A stretch of DNA of 64,000 nucleotides from a virus (taxonomy: Duplodnaviria > Caudoviricetes), in the IMG/VR virus record IMGVR_UViG_3300049298_000033, positions 30,539 through 94,538 of that record; one strand, given 5' to 3'. A program made the position numbers and the translations under genes. The notes under the pieces were generated by a model, which did not search any database, was not told the origin of the DNA, and worked only from the letters and a program-made list of their open reading frames with translations. Shown here piece after piece: positions 55,681-64,000 of the stretch (position 1 is its first letter; each line of letters starts with the position of its first letter).

Positions 55681-55908
55681 TCACGCCACCTCCGCGAGGG
55701 AGCGCTGGTGCTCCATGCCCATCGCGAAGGCCGCTGCGGTGACCGTGAGGAACCCGGTCACCTCGTCGGTGACGTCCGCGCCATTGAGCTGAGAGTTCAG
55801 GGCAGCGGCGAGGGCGGTGATGTCGATGACGCTGGGAACCCGGAACTGAGGGGTGCCGTCCTTGTCTGCTATGCGACGGGGCACGCCGTGTTCTAGAGTT
55901 ACTGCCAT
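55681..55908 (-). CDS. Small hypothetical protein
   Basis: AGGAG RBS. Confidence 0.55.
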   Translation of the reverse strand: MAVTLEHGVPRRIADKDGTPQFRVPSVIDITALAAALNSQLNGADVTDEVTGFLTVTAAAFAMGMEHQRSLAEVA

Positions 55909-55951
55909 TGGAACAGTTCTCCTGTCTGTTGGAAGCGGGTTGGTTCCGTTC

Positions 55952-55989
55952 GCCCCGTTCCGGCATGCCAGTGCCGGGCGGGGCTTTTT
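55952..55989 (+). terminator. GC-rich hairpin with T tract
   Basis: GCCCCG..CCGGCA-loop-TGCCGG.CGGGGC-TTTTT. Confidence 0.55.
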
Positions 55990-56008
55990 GCTGTCCATGG
56001 GGGCGGCG

Positions 56009-56140
56009 CTACTGGTGCAGGTCCTCGCAGTTCTCGGCCCAGCACTGGTGCATCCAGCAGGTCGCACGGTCGTCGCCGTGCATCCCAGCGTCCTCAAGCT
56101 GGTTGTCGCATTCGATCGCGGCAGCGAGCTTCTTGCCCAC
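56009..56140 (-). CDS. 43-aa Cys/His peptide
   Basis: AAAGGTGA RBS; C..H.CW...C...H. Confidence 0.55.
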   Translation of the reverse strand: MGKKLAAAIECDNQLEDAGMHGDDRATCWMHQCWAENCEDLHQ

Positions 56141-56177
56141 GCGAGATCACCTTTCGTTTCGCTGCTCATGGGGGCGG

Positions 56178-56453
56178 TCACTGCCACTGGATCTCCAACC
56201 GGACCCCGCCGCGCAGCCCGTACTTGATGAGCTTCTGGAAGAGGTTGAAGATCTCCTCGCCGTGGTCGACGTCCGACAGCAGCCGTGTGCCTCCCATGGC
56301 GTAGATCCGGATCTCGTAGCCAGGCCACCGGTCAGCGCCCGATCCGTAGATGTGGTGTAGACGTTTGGTGAGTTCCTTGTCGGCGTCCTGCAGGATCTGG
56401 AGGGCTTTCGCGGTGTCGTCGGGGGAGATCCGCCAGACAGTCTGTTCGCTCAT
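56178..56453 (-). CDS. Hypothetical protein
   Basis: ATGA overlap. Confidence 0.6.
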   Translation of the reverse strand: MSEQTVWRISPDDTAKALQILQDADKELTKRLHHIYGSGADRWPGYEIRIYAMGGTRLLSDVDHGEEIFNLFQKLIKYGLRGGVRLEIQWQ

Positions 56454-56785
56454 GACGCCATCTCCTCTGCGGCCTGCTGGAACCAATCCTTGGCATAGTC
56501 CTCAAGCACGGGCTGAAGGCCGGCCTTGATCTCAGCGACATAGCCGTCAACGAAGACCCGCAGGATCAGCCGAGTCCGGTTGATGGTCTGGCCGGGGAGC
56601 TTGCGTGCGTCGTAGAGGCGGCGGACTGTCATCGGGCTTACGCCGATCGCCTTGGCCGCCTCGCCGACCCGAATGAACTCAGGCCGGTCGTCGGGCTCGG
56701 GGAGAGGGCGAACGTCTGCGACGTCCTGCGTCTCGTTGCCTTGCTCTTCGGTCTGGCCGCTCAAGACTTCCTCAACTGACTGCAC
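56450..56785 (-). CDS. Excisionase/Cro-like HTH protein
   Basis: IRVGEAAKAIGVSPMTVRRL...LPG..I. Confidence 0.8.
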   Translation of the reverse strand: MQSVEEVLSGQTEEQGNETQDVADVRPLPEPDDRPEFIRVGEAAKAIGVSPMTVRRLYDARKLPGQTINRTRLILRVFVDGYVAEIKAGLQPVLEDYAKDWFQQAAEEMAS

Positions 56786-56994
56786 GCTCTGAGCGTGCCG
56801 GACCTAACGCCCAGAGTCAAGAATTATTCTCTAACTATTCGGAATGACTCTCCTAGCGAATCCCGTTCGGTACCACCGTTTGGGCTCTCAGGACGCCCAA
56901 AGCTCCCTTGACGACGGCATACGCGAACGGCGACGCTGGATGGCAGACACGCATGATGCAAGAATCATGCGCAACAGCAGGTGGAGGACCGAGC
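56786..56994. promoter_or_regulatory. Divergent control region (switch)
   Basis: AT-rich core; AGAGTCA(56813)...TGACTCT(56845) inverted repeat; leftward -35 TTGACT. Confidence 0.6.
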
Positions 56995-57216
56995 ATGAAG
57001 CTCACCAAGCTGCACAAAGACCCGGGCTCAGGGAACGGAGGCTGCCCGACCGTGTACGTCGCAGAGTCAGGCGAACTCGTCGTCCAGGGCCACGTCCTCG
57101 ACGACAACACGTTCGGCGAGCTCGAGAACGTCCTCCCCGGAGAGTCCGCCGTCCGGATCGACCCGGAGATCGTGCTCGGCGCGATCGAGCGCTACAAGGC
57201 GCAGCGGGAGCAGTGA
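56995..57216 (+). CDS. Small protein (GCPTVY/VVQG family) preceding DUF6879
   Basis: GGAGG RBS; S..G.CPTVY...LVVQG...PGE.AV.I. Confidence 0.8.
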   Translation: MKLTKLHKDPGSGNGGCPTVYVAESGELVVQGHVLDDNTFGELENVLPGESAVRIDPEIVLGAIERYKAQREQ

Positions 57217-57788
57217 TGGGGAAGCGCATCACCACGCTCGGCCCGGAGTTCACCGACCTGTTCCGCACGTTCGAGCACACGGCGTTCCGGCTCGAGACGT
57301 TGCAGCAGTACACCGTCGAGTACGAGCAGGAGCCGATCCGACGCTTCCTCGCAGGGGAACCCCGCCCTGACGACCCGTCGAAAGACGAGTGGTGCGCTCT
57401 CATCCGTGACGCCTCCGCCCGCGGCAAGCGGATGGGACGCGTCCACATCGTTACTGAGCCCCTCACCGACTACCTGCGGTACGAGATCGGCTGGAGCTAC
57501 GGGGACAACGTCACGGCCGGCGAGGACATCCGAATCGCACCCGTACAGGCCGGAACGTGGGTCGACGGGCTTCCCCGCGACTACGACTTTTGGCTGTTCG
57601 ACTCCCGCTACCTATGGGTCATGTCCTACGACGAGGACGGCCGGTTCCTGTTCGCTGAGCACATCGAAGACCCAGCCGAGGTCGTCAGGCACAACCACAT
57701 GAGGGACGTAGCCATGCACACGGCCGTCGGCTTCACCGAGTACATGCACCGTCATCCAGACCTAATGAGGCTTCAAGAAGTCTCGTGA
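57216..57788 (+). CDS. DUF6879-like protein
   Basis: AFRLETL..Y, RVHIV.EP.TDY.RYE, AGEDIR, DFWLFD. Confidence 0.85.
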   Translation: MGKRITTLGPEFTDLFRTFEHTAFRLETLQQYTVEYEQEPIRRFLAGEPRPDDPSKDEWCALIRDASARGKRMGRVHIVTEPLTDYLRYEIGWSYGDNVTAGEDIRIAPVQAGTWVDGLPRDYDFWLFDSRYLWVMSYDEDGRFLFAEHIEDPAEVVRHNHMRDVAMHTAVGFTEYMHRHPDLMRLQEVS

Positions 57789-57800
57789 GATAGGAGAACC

Positions 57801-58685
57801 TTGCCGATCCGGATATACCAGCGAGACCGCGCCCGGCTCGCTGAACGCCTCAAGAAACTGCGGGAAAGTGCCGGGCTTAGCGGCTCGGCGCTCGCGCGTG
57901 CCCTCGGCTGGCCGCAGTCGAAGATCTCGAAGATCGAGACCATGAAGCAGCTTCCATCCGCTGACGACATCACAGCGTGGACGGAACGAGTCGGCACCCC
58001 AGCAGGCACAGCTGACGAACTGGTAAGCCTGCTCGACACTGCGCGCTACGAGCACACTCACTGGAAGGACGCTTTCCGCGAGGTCGGCGCCGCGGGCGTG
58101 CAGGCCGAGATCCTCGCAATCGAATCGCAGGCGGATCGGATCGGGGAGTTCCAGCCGAGCATGATGTCGGGTCTGTTGCAGACGGCCGAGTACGCCCGCG
58201 AGTCGCTGCATATCCCCTCGGGGCCGCTCGCGTTCGGTTCGAGCGAGGACGACATTGAGCGGACAGTCGCCGCCCGCATGCAGCGGCAGCAAGTGTTGTA
58301 CGACCCGAGCAAGCGGGTCCAGGTCGTTCTGCTTGAGAGCGCGCTACGTGTGCGGCTGGCGTCCGTCCCAACTCTTAGGGGACAACTGGATCGGCTCATA
58401 GCTGTGGCGGGTCTGGCGAGTCTCGATCTCCGGATCGTCCCGTTTGAAAGTGAGGTTCCGGTCTTTCCTCTGAGCGGGTTCCGAATCTATGACGACAACC
58501 TTGTAATCGTGGAGTCCATCTCCGGAGAGGTGGAGATCAGCGACCCGGAAGAGGTCGCGAAGTACGTCAGCTTTTTTGAGTTGCTGCGGGAGGCTGGCGC
58601 TAGCGGGGATGATGCGCTGCGGGTCATCAGCCGGTCGTTCGATCTATTGACGGATGGCAATTCGGAGAACACGCGGGAGTCCTGA
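57801..58685 (+). CDS. XRE HTH + DUF5753 regulator (candidate repressor)
   Basis: LRESAGLS..LA..LGW.QSKISKIE; GLLQTAEYA, R..RQ.VL, E.AL, QL..L. Confidence 0.9.
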   Translation: MPIRIYQRDRARLAERLKKLRESAGLSGSALARALGWPQSKISKIETMKQLPSADDITAWTERVGTPAGTADELVSLLDTARYEHTHWKDAFREVGAAGVQAEILAIESQADRIGEFQPSMMSGLLQTAEYARESLHIPSGPLAFGSSEDDIERTVAARMQRQQVLYDPSKRVQVVLLESALRVRLASVPTLRGQLDRLIAVAGLASLDLRIVPFESEVPVFPLSGFRIYDDNLVIVESISGEVEISDPEEVAKYVSFFELLREAGASGDDALRVISRSFDLLTDGNSENTRES

Positions 58686-58901
58686 AAGGCAAGGAAGCTT
58701 TGGGAGTCTAGTAACCTTAGAAATGACAAAGCCCCGGGTTGCGACCGGGGCAGTGTCGAAGATCCGAGAGACTTGACGAGTCGGAAGCCGGACCCTGAGC
58801 TGACTTCCCTCCATGGTACACACCGCTCAGCAGCGTTGCTACCAATGGCAGGTTCCGGCCCCGACCTTCCGGTCTCTCGCCCCCGAGAGATTGGAGCGAT
58901 C

Positions 58902-59663
58902 GTGGGCAAGCCACGAATCCCAAAGACCATCCCGGACCTCAGGACGCTCCGCGTCATCGACAACTCCTACGAGTGGCTCCGGACCTGGCGGTACGTCATC
59001 GTCCGCCCGCCCGTGAAGAACGTCGGTTTCGCTATTGCCACATTCGCGAACAGGGATGGCAAGCAGGTCTTCCCAGGCATTCGCCGCCTGATGGCCATCA
59101 CCGGGCACTCGAAGTCCACGGTCATCGAAGCGCTCGCCACCATGCGCTGGATGGGCTTCCTGTTCCGCAGGGCAAGCGCCCAGGGGAGTAACTCCGGACT
59201 CAGCGACGAATACCAGCTCTGCCTCCCCATCGATCTGAGCCACATCCCCATGGTCGGCAAGAACGGGCGCGAGCCAGCCTTCGAAGCGCTGACGCTGGCG
59301 GCACAGCAGACCGCGCGGATCCTGGATGTTGCCGCACGCCTGACGAAGAGTGGTACGCACACCGAACCACTAGTGGACCGGGAGCCGAACCAGGGGTGGT
59401 CCGCCCAGCAGACACCACCTACACATGACACCAACACATATGACCTTTCCGCTCCTCATGTCGCGGGCCAGCGAGCAAGCTCACAGGCCGAGAGGTATGA
59501 CTTCGATGACCCAAACGACTGCCACGACTACATCCTCGATGCCTTCGGTAATGACCTCGACGTCTACGAGATGTCTGCCGCTGACGGGATGCTGAGCAAG
59601 GGGTATCACCCCGTGGAGATCGTGAACATGATCAGCAGGAGACGACGAGGAGTAGCTGCATGA
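58902..59663 (+). CDS. Winged-HTH replication initiator-like protein
   Basis: ATFANRDG..VFPGI.RL...TG.S.STV..AL; internal iteron-like repeats. Confidence 0.65.
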   Translation: MGKPRIPKTIPDLRTLRVIDNSYEWLRTWRYVIVRPPVKNVGFAIATFANRDGKQVFPGIRRLMAITGHSKSTVIEALATMRWMGFLFRRASAQGSNSGLSDEYQLCLPIDLSHIPMVGKNGREPAFEALTLAAQQTARILDVAARLTKSGTHTEPLVDREPNQGWSAQQTPPTHDTNTYDLSAPHVAGQRASSQAERYDFDDPNDCHDYILDAFGNDLDVYEMSAADGMLSKGYHPVEIVNMISRRRRGVAA

Positions 59664-59863
59664 GCTTGCATCCGTGGATCGACCCCGACGACATCGAACC
59701 GAGTGTGCCGACCGATGTGCGCAACCACGGTATGGCCATCGTTGACGACGAAGGGCTCATGGTGCCGCTCGACTCTGACGATCAGGCGGACCGCGACCTG
59801 TACGCGATGGTGATCGGCAGTCATCCAGTCGAGTGTTGTGACAACTGCCCAGGGCTGGCCTGA
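59660..59863 (+). CDS. Small hypothetical protein
   Basis: ATGA overlap, AGGAG. Confidence 0.55.
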   Translation: MSLHPWIDPDDIEPSVPTDVRNHGMAIVDDEGLMVPLDSDDQADRDLYAMVIGSHPVECCDNCPGLA

Positions 59864-59894
59864 CGGACGGGCTCGCGCGGGCCGTGTGCCGCGG

Positions 59895-60350
59895 CTAGCG
59901 CTTCCGGTCCTGTCGGATGCCCTGCCGGATCGTCTCCCAAAGAGACATCTTCGCTGGCGTCTCCGGTTCGGCCAGGTCCTCGCGTGCCATATCGAGTTGG
60001 CACTGCTCTTTGGTGTGGACGGCCCGCAGGTGCCGGAGGATCTCGCCGCGTCCGGTCGGCGTATTGCCTTCGAGAATCCCTAGAAGCGCGCCGAGTTGGT
60101 CGAGGTCGCCTTGGTCCATGTGGTCGATGTGGTCGAGGATCGTCCGCAGATAGGTTCGGTAGGGGCCGAGTCCTCGTTTGAGGCTTCGCCGGAGGTCGTT
60201 GACGGCTTTGCTGCGTGGTTCCTCGTCGCCCATGTCGGGCTGGTGCCCGTATGCGGTGATCGGGATGCGGCTGGTTGCCGGTTGCGGCCGTTCGTAGCCG
60301 GTACCGGTCTCCGCGCTTGACGGGCCACCTGTGAGGCGAAGGTCTAGCAT
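59895..60350 (-). CDS. Hypothetical protein
   Basis: Open frame; start uncertain. Confidence 0.4.
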   Translation of the reverse strand: MLDLRLTGGPSSAETGTGYERPQPATSRIPITAYGHQPDMGDEEPRSKAVNDLRRSLKRGLGPYRTYLRTILDHIDHMDQGDLDQLGALLGILEGNTPTGRGEILRHLRAVHTKEQCQLDMAREDLAEPETPAKMSLWETIRQGIRQDRKR

Positions 60351-60357
60351 TGTGAGC

Positions 60358-60654
60358 ATGGAGGCCCCCGAGGCGACGCAAGAGCTCCTGAACCGTCTCA
60401 CCCGCGCGGAAGACGCGGTTCAGCGGTTCGAGTTCATCCACCTCGTGAAGACCGACGCGCAGACAACCGGGTTGGCGATCCTGTACTCGCAGCACAAGCG
60501 GATGCAGGAGGACTTGGCGGGGTTCCGTGGGGAAACCACGGCGCATCTTGGGTCGATCGATACCCGGTTGAGGTCGCTGGAGTCGGACGTGGCGGAGATC
60601 AAGACGTCTCTCGCTGAGGTGTTGCGTCGTCTCCCGGAGCCGGGATCGTCCTAG
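60358..60654 (+). CDS. Coiled-coil protein
   Basis: Heptad repeats. Confidence 0.6.
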   Translation: MEAPEATQELLNRLTRAEDAVQRFEFIHLVKTDAQTTGLAILYSQHKRMQEDLAGFRGETTAHLGSIDTRLRSLESDVAEIKTSLAEVLRRLPEPGSS

Positions 60655-60662
60655 GGCAGCAG

Positions 60663-60691
60663 AAAGCCCCCGCCTCGGAGACGGGGGCTTT
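60663..60691. terminator. Bidirectional terminator
   Basis: AAAGCCCCCG...CGGGGGCTTT between convergent genes. Confidence 0.8.
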
Positions 60692-60706
60692 GATCGTGCT
60701 CAGGGG

Positions 60707-61174
60707 TCAGCACAGCGACGGGGGCGGCTTCCCTACATGGTCGCCGCTGTAGCAGTTCGTGCAGTTCGCGGCCTTGGCCTCGGCGGGCCACAGCTCATCG
60801 AGAACCCAGTACCCGCACTCGCGGAGAACATCGGCCGTCTCTGCTGGCGTGCGGATCGGGTCACCGTTCGGCAACCGGATCTCCTTGCCCGGCTTGTCGT
60901 TCGGGGTGTGGTGGACGTACCGGCCGCAGACACGGGCGCAGAAGTCCATGTACTCCCGCGTGTACAGGATGAATGCATCCCATGCCAGGTCAACGGCCTC
61001 ACTAGGGGACAGGCCCATACCGGGATAGCGTCCCGCGGCAGCAACAAACAGCACCGCCTGGTCAACGATCTTCCCGGCTTGAATCCGGTCGATCTCGGGG
61101 TGTTCGCGGGTGATGCGGGTTGCGATCCGGTTGAAGAGCTCCATGTCGTCTAGGAGGGAGACGCCGGAGGTCAT
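60707..61174 (-). CDS. Glycine-rich-domain (GRDP/DUF1399-like) protein with Cys tail
   Basis: SPS..VD.AW..FILYT.EY..FC....GRYVHH.P. Confidence 0.75.
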   Translation of the reverse strand: MTSGVSLLDDMELFNRIATRITREHPEIDRIQAGKIVDQAVLFVAAAGRYPGMGLSPSEAVDLAWDAFILYTREYMDFCARVCGRYVHHTPNDKPGKEIRLPNGDPIRTPAETADVLRECGYWVLDELWPAEAKAANCTNCYSGDHVGKPPPSLC

Positions 61175-61450
61175 GCCTAGTTGCACTGCCATGGTGGGAG
61201 TGTGGCGTGGATCGGTGGGAGGCGCTACTACCTTCGCGGTGATGCTAGCTGGCAAAATGTGGTGTGGAGCTTAGCGCCCCCGCTCGCCTCAGGGCCGGCG
61301 GGGGACCGTTCACCTGCCCCTAATCGGCTGGGGCGTGGACGTGCTGATTGTCGGCGCACACCCCTGAGTTGTCCTCGTCGAGCCACGCGCCGTTGTCGGC
61401 GAGGTCTGGCACGATGAACACGCCGCAATGGCGGCACAGCGGAACAATCA

Positions 61451-61777
61451 TCAGTACACGGTCCTTTCGATACCCATGGCGATCTCAGCGCAGTACAGGG
61501 CGAACTTGGCGGCATAGTCAACGTGGCCGCCGGCCTGGATGTTGGCGGTCTGGACCTGATCGGCGGTCGCAGGCGGCAGGTTCCGGCGCTGACGTTCCTT
61601 GTTAACGGCGGTCAGCATGGACTCCCGTTCGAATCGCATCCACTCCCACTCCGGCCCGAACTCGGTGTGGATCGCGTCCGGCCGCTTGCCCCGCTGCTTG
61701 GCGGCTTCGAGGAGGACGTTTCGGAAGCGGTCGCGGAGCTGGCGGCGCTCCTCAGCGGTCCTGGTGTTGATGGTCAT
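61451..61777 (-). CDS. Hypothetical protein
   Basis: GAGG RBS. Confidence 0.65.
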   Translation of the reverse strand: MTINTRTAEERRQLRDRFRNVLLEAAKQRGKRPDAIHTEFGPEWEWMRFERESMLTAVNKERQRRNLPPATADQVQTANIQAGGHVDYAAKFALYCAEIAMGIERTVY

Positions 61778-61842
61778 GGTCGGCTACCTCGCTGCTCTGT
61801 CGAGTGCTGCTTTGGCTTTGGCGATGTGCTGGCGGTCATCGG

Positions 61843-62079
61843 TCACACTGCCGGGACTGCGACCGAGATCTGGCCGGCCATGTCCTTGCGGACGATACGG
61901 ACCTCACGCCACTGCAGCGCCCTGCTGAGCTTGTCAGCATGCACGCGAGCTTCTCTCATGCTGGTGTGCCAGTAGTCGCCAGCGAGGCCAGCACCAGAGC
62001 CATGGTTGATTGGCGGGGTCATGGGCGTCCATCTGTCGTCGAGGTCGTTGCTGACCTGGACCTGGTAGCTGTTGTTCAT
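61843..62079 (-). CDS. Hypothetical protein
   Basis: ATGA overlap. Confidence 0.55.
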   Translation of the reverse strand: MNNSYQVQVSNDLDDRWTPMTPPINHGSGAGLAGDYWHTSMREARVHADKLSRALQWREVRIVRKDMAGQISVAVPAV

Positions 62080-62387
62080 TCGCAGCCGTCCTCTCCGGTC
62101 GGGTGTTCGGGGCAGTCGGTGTCGTGGTCTTCGGGTTCGGCATCGTCCGGAGCCCAGCAGGTGCAGTCCGGGTAACGGTCGGTCCCGTTGCTGATCTCTT
62201 TGACTTGGCCGGGGAACGCCCAACTCAGACCCTTCTCCATGAACAGTCCGCGCATGTACTCGTCGCCGAGGTGGTACTTCGTGCGTCCCATGTCGTAACC
62301 CCGGACGATCGCCTGGTACGGACGCTTCTCACTGGTCGGAAACGGCGTGACCTGTACGAGCGTCCCAATGGGAAGTAGTTCCTTCAC
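62076..62387 (-). CDS. Hypothetical SH3-like protein
   Basis: LPIGTLV.V start. Confidence 0.6.
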   Translation of the reverse strand: MKELLPIGTLVQVTPFPTSEKRPYQAIVRGYDMGRTKYHLGDEYMRGLFMEKGLSWAFPGQVKEISNGTDRYPDCTCWAPDDAEPEDHDTDCPEHPTGEDGCE

Positions 62388-62390
62388 GAT

Positions 62391-62576
62391 CTACCTCGCT
62401 GCTCTGTCGAGTGCGGCTCTCGCTTTGGTGATGAAGGAGCGGGCCTCCGCCCAGTCCTCGGCCTGCCGGGCGGTTGGGCCGGCTCCGGGCTGCCAGTCGG
62501 AGCGCATGCCGTCGAGTACGTCAGCGAGTTCACGGTGCGCGTTGCGGCGCATCTCCTCGAACGTCGGCAGAGCCAT
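62391..62576 (-). CDS. Small hypothetical protein
   Basis: GAGGAG RBS. Confidence 0.6.
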   Translation of the reverse strand: MALPTFEEMRRNAHRELADVLDGMRSDWQPGAGPTARQAEDWAEARSFITKARAALDRAAR

Positions 62577-62731
62577 CACGTCTCCTCGTCGGTCAGACGA
62601 CGGATAGCCGCCACGGCGTCCGCGGATGTGATCTCGCCAGCACGTTGCCACGCCAGGATCGTTTCGAACCGCTTCCAGAACTCCTCATCGGTGAGTTCGG
62701 CGCCGTCCTGCGGTGTCGGCCGCTTCGCCAT
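62576..62731 (-). CDS. 51-aa hypothetical
   Basis: GAGGAGG RBS. Confidence 0.55.
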   Translation of the reverse strand: MAKRPTPQDGAELTDEEFWKRFETILAWQRAGEITSADAVAAIRRLTDEET

Positions 62732-62732
62732 G

Positions 62733-62972
62733 TCACGCCTCCTCGGTCATCAGTCGCCAGCGGAGCGCACCGTCCCATGCTCGCCGCAGCGAGTCCGCCC
62801 AGAACACGTCTGGCCTACCTCGGTTGACCGCACGATCCTCGTAGTCGACTTGGAGGTAGGAGCCCTCCGTTGCCACAACTCGGGCGGGGAGTCTCTGCCC
62901 TCCTGGCCGGGGTGTGCGGGTGGCCTCGTCATGCTCGACGACGACCACCTGATCGCCCACGTTGAGTGTCAT
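62733..62972 (-). CDS. Small SH3-like protein
   Basis: LNVGDQVVV; GAGGAG RBS. Confidence 0.6.
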   Translation of the reverse strand: MTLNVGDQVVVVEHDEATRTPRPGGQRLPARVVATEGSYLQVDYEDRAVNRGRPDVFWADSLRRAWDGALRWRLMTEEA

Positions 62973-62973
62973 C

Positions 62974-63177
62974 TCACGTCTCCTCGGCATTCGGGTTGAC
63001 CAGCGTCCATGGAATCCGCGCCTTCTCCTGCACTGTGATGCTGCAGTCCGGAAGAATCCGCTCGTACACCTCTTCGCCCTGCTTGAGCCGTGCCCACGCC
63101 TCGCTGTAGCCGAGACGGAAGTAGCGGCCCGTGGAGGACTTCCAGGCGAACTCATTGCGCCGGTTCAGGTCACGCAT
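62974..63177 (-). CDS. Small hypothetical protein
   Basis: GGAGG RBS. Confidence 0.55.
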   Translation of the reverse strand: MRDLNRRNEFAWKSSTGRYFRLGYSEAWARLKQGEEVYERILPDCSITVQEKARIPWTLVNPNAEET

Positions 63178-63355
63178 CGGTCGATCCTCCGTCCCGCGCG
63201 GCGGCCTCGCGCCGCGCACGGGCCCGCTCGGCACAGTTGTGCGGCGGCAGTGACTCCAGCGTCCGAGGACGGACACGGCTACCGCAGTCGTCGCAGAGGA
63301 CACTGCCAGTGGCGCGGAAGTCGGCCTCAGCGTCGTAGCCCTCAGGGGTGAACAT
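63170..63355 (-). CDS. Small CxxC..HxC protein
   Basis: GAGGAGG RBS. Confidence 0.55.
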   Translation of the reverse strand: MFTPEGYDAEADFRATGSVLCDDCGSRVRPRTLESLPPHNCAERARARREAAARDGGSTDA

Positions 63356-63358
63356 CGG

Positions 63359-63592
63359 TCAGTCCTCCTCGGCAAGGAAGCGAAGATCCTCGGTGACCTT
63401 CAGAGCGGAGAGGGAAGCAGTCAGTTCAGCGAGCGTCATCGCGGCGTTCCGCGCGGTCGACAACGCGAGCGTCGCACTGTTAACGTCCATGCTGTTGACC
63501 GCGCGACGCAGGTCGTTAAGGGCGTCCTTAGCGGTCTTCTTCTGGTTCTCGACCGTGTTCTCGTACATGCGGACCGCATGCTTGTCGGCCAT
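63359..63592 (-). CDS. Small helical protein
   Basis: GGAGG RBS. Confidence 0.6.
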   Translation of the reverse strand: MADKHAVRMYENTVENQKKTAKDALNDLRRAVNSMDVNSATLALSTARNAAMTLAELTASLSALKVTEDLRFLAEED

Positions 63593-63595
63593 CGG

Positions 63596-63775
63596 TCAGC
63601 CCTCCTCCACGAGCGGGATGTACTCAACACGCCGACCGTTCTCGATACGCACGCGGCAGATCGGCTCGTCTCCGGTCTGGCAGGGATGCACGTAGCGGTA
63701 GCCCGGGTGTGATCCGCAGGCGCTGCCATCGCAGTCGACCTCGAACATGCCCAACGGGAAGTTGTCGAAGTCCAT
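63596..63775 (-). CDS. 59-aa hypothetical
   Basis: GGAGG RBS. Confidence 0.55.
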   Translation of the reverse strand: MDFDNFPLGMFEVDCDGSACGSHPGYRYVHPCQTGDEPICRVRIENGRRVEYIPLVEEG

Positions 63776-63778
63776 AGG

Positions 63779-64000
63779 TCAGCCCTCCAACTCTGCCAGG
63801 TACGCGTTCAGGCTCTCCGCTGCCTTCGCGAGCTTCTGCTGCTCGCTAAAGCTTCGCGGCGCGCCCTGGAGGAGGATCCGCTGAGCCTCCTGAACATCGA
63901 CGAACGCGTGACCGTGAGCTGACGCCTGCCTGTCCATGCGGGCGTTCTCTTCCGGGGTTCTGTGGCTCTCGCAGGTGTAGTCGGGGGAGCAAGTGCACAT
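63779..64000 (-). CDS. Hypothetical protein (may be truncated at window edge)
   Basis: ORF track. Confidence 0.5.
   Translation of the reverse strand: MCTCSPDYTCESHRTPEENARMDRQASAHGHAFVDVQEAQRILLQGAPRSFSEQQKLAKAAESLNAYLAELEG

Larger units (their letters stand above)
1..64000. mobile_element. Temperate actinobacteriophage/prophage (HK97-fold siphovirus), partial genome
   Basis: Complete head-tail-lysis operon, tyrosine recombinase, XRE regulator, WhiB, dense small overlapping ORFs; no housekeeping genes. Confidence 0.97.

Overview
The whole window is a high-GC temperate siphovirus (phage or prophage) of a filamentous actinomycete. No host genes, rRNA, tRNA or CRISPR were seen, and the genome continues past both edges. 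The + strand (1-33.7 kb) carries small accessory genes (HIT, Thg1-like), an HNH gene, a probable cos site and a complete HK97-type morphogenesis operon. That operon runs: terminase, portal-MuF fusion, protease, capsid, an inserted HNH homing endonuclease, head-tail genes, frameshifted chaperone, tape measure with a CHAP-like domain, and tail tip. A lysis region follows. The - strand (34-56.8 kb and 60.7-64 kb) carries a tyrosine recombinase, an RNA ligase-like gene, a 3'-5' exoribonuclease, a run of tiny genes bounded by short conserved repeats, and a WhiB. Most strikingly, it also carries a Streptomyces-type conjugation module (TraB-like FtsK ATPase, Spd-like membrane proteins, dense clt-like repeats). 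A + strand island (57-59.9 kb) holds a small ORF/DUF6879/XRE-DUF5753 triad in the repressor position and an HTH replication-initiator-like gene with iteron-like repeats. Best hypothesis: a virion-forming phage that can also spread by mycelial conjugation and reshuffles its accessory genes through short repeats. All family assignments come from motif recognition by eye, not from database searches.
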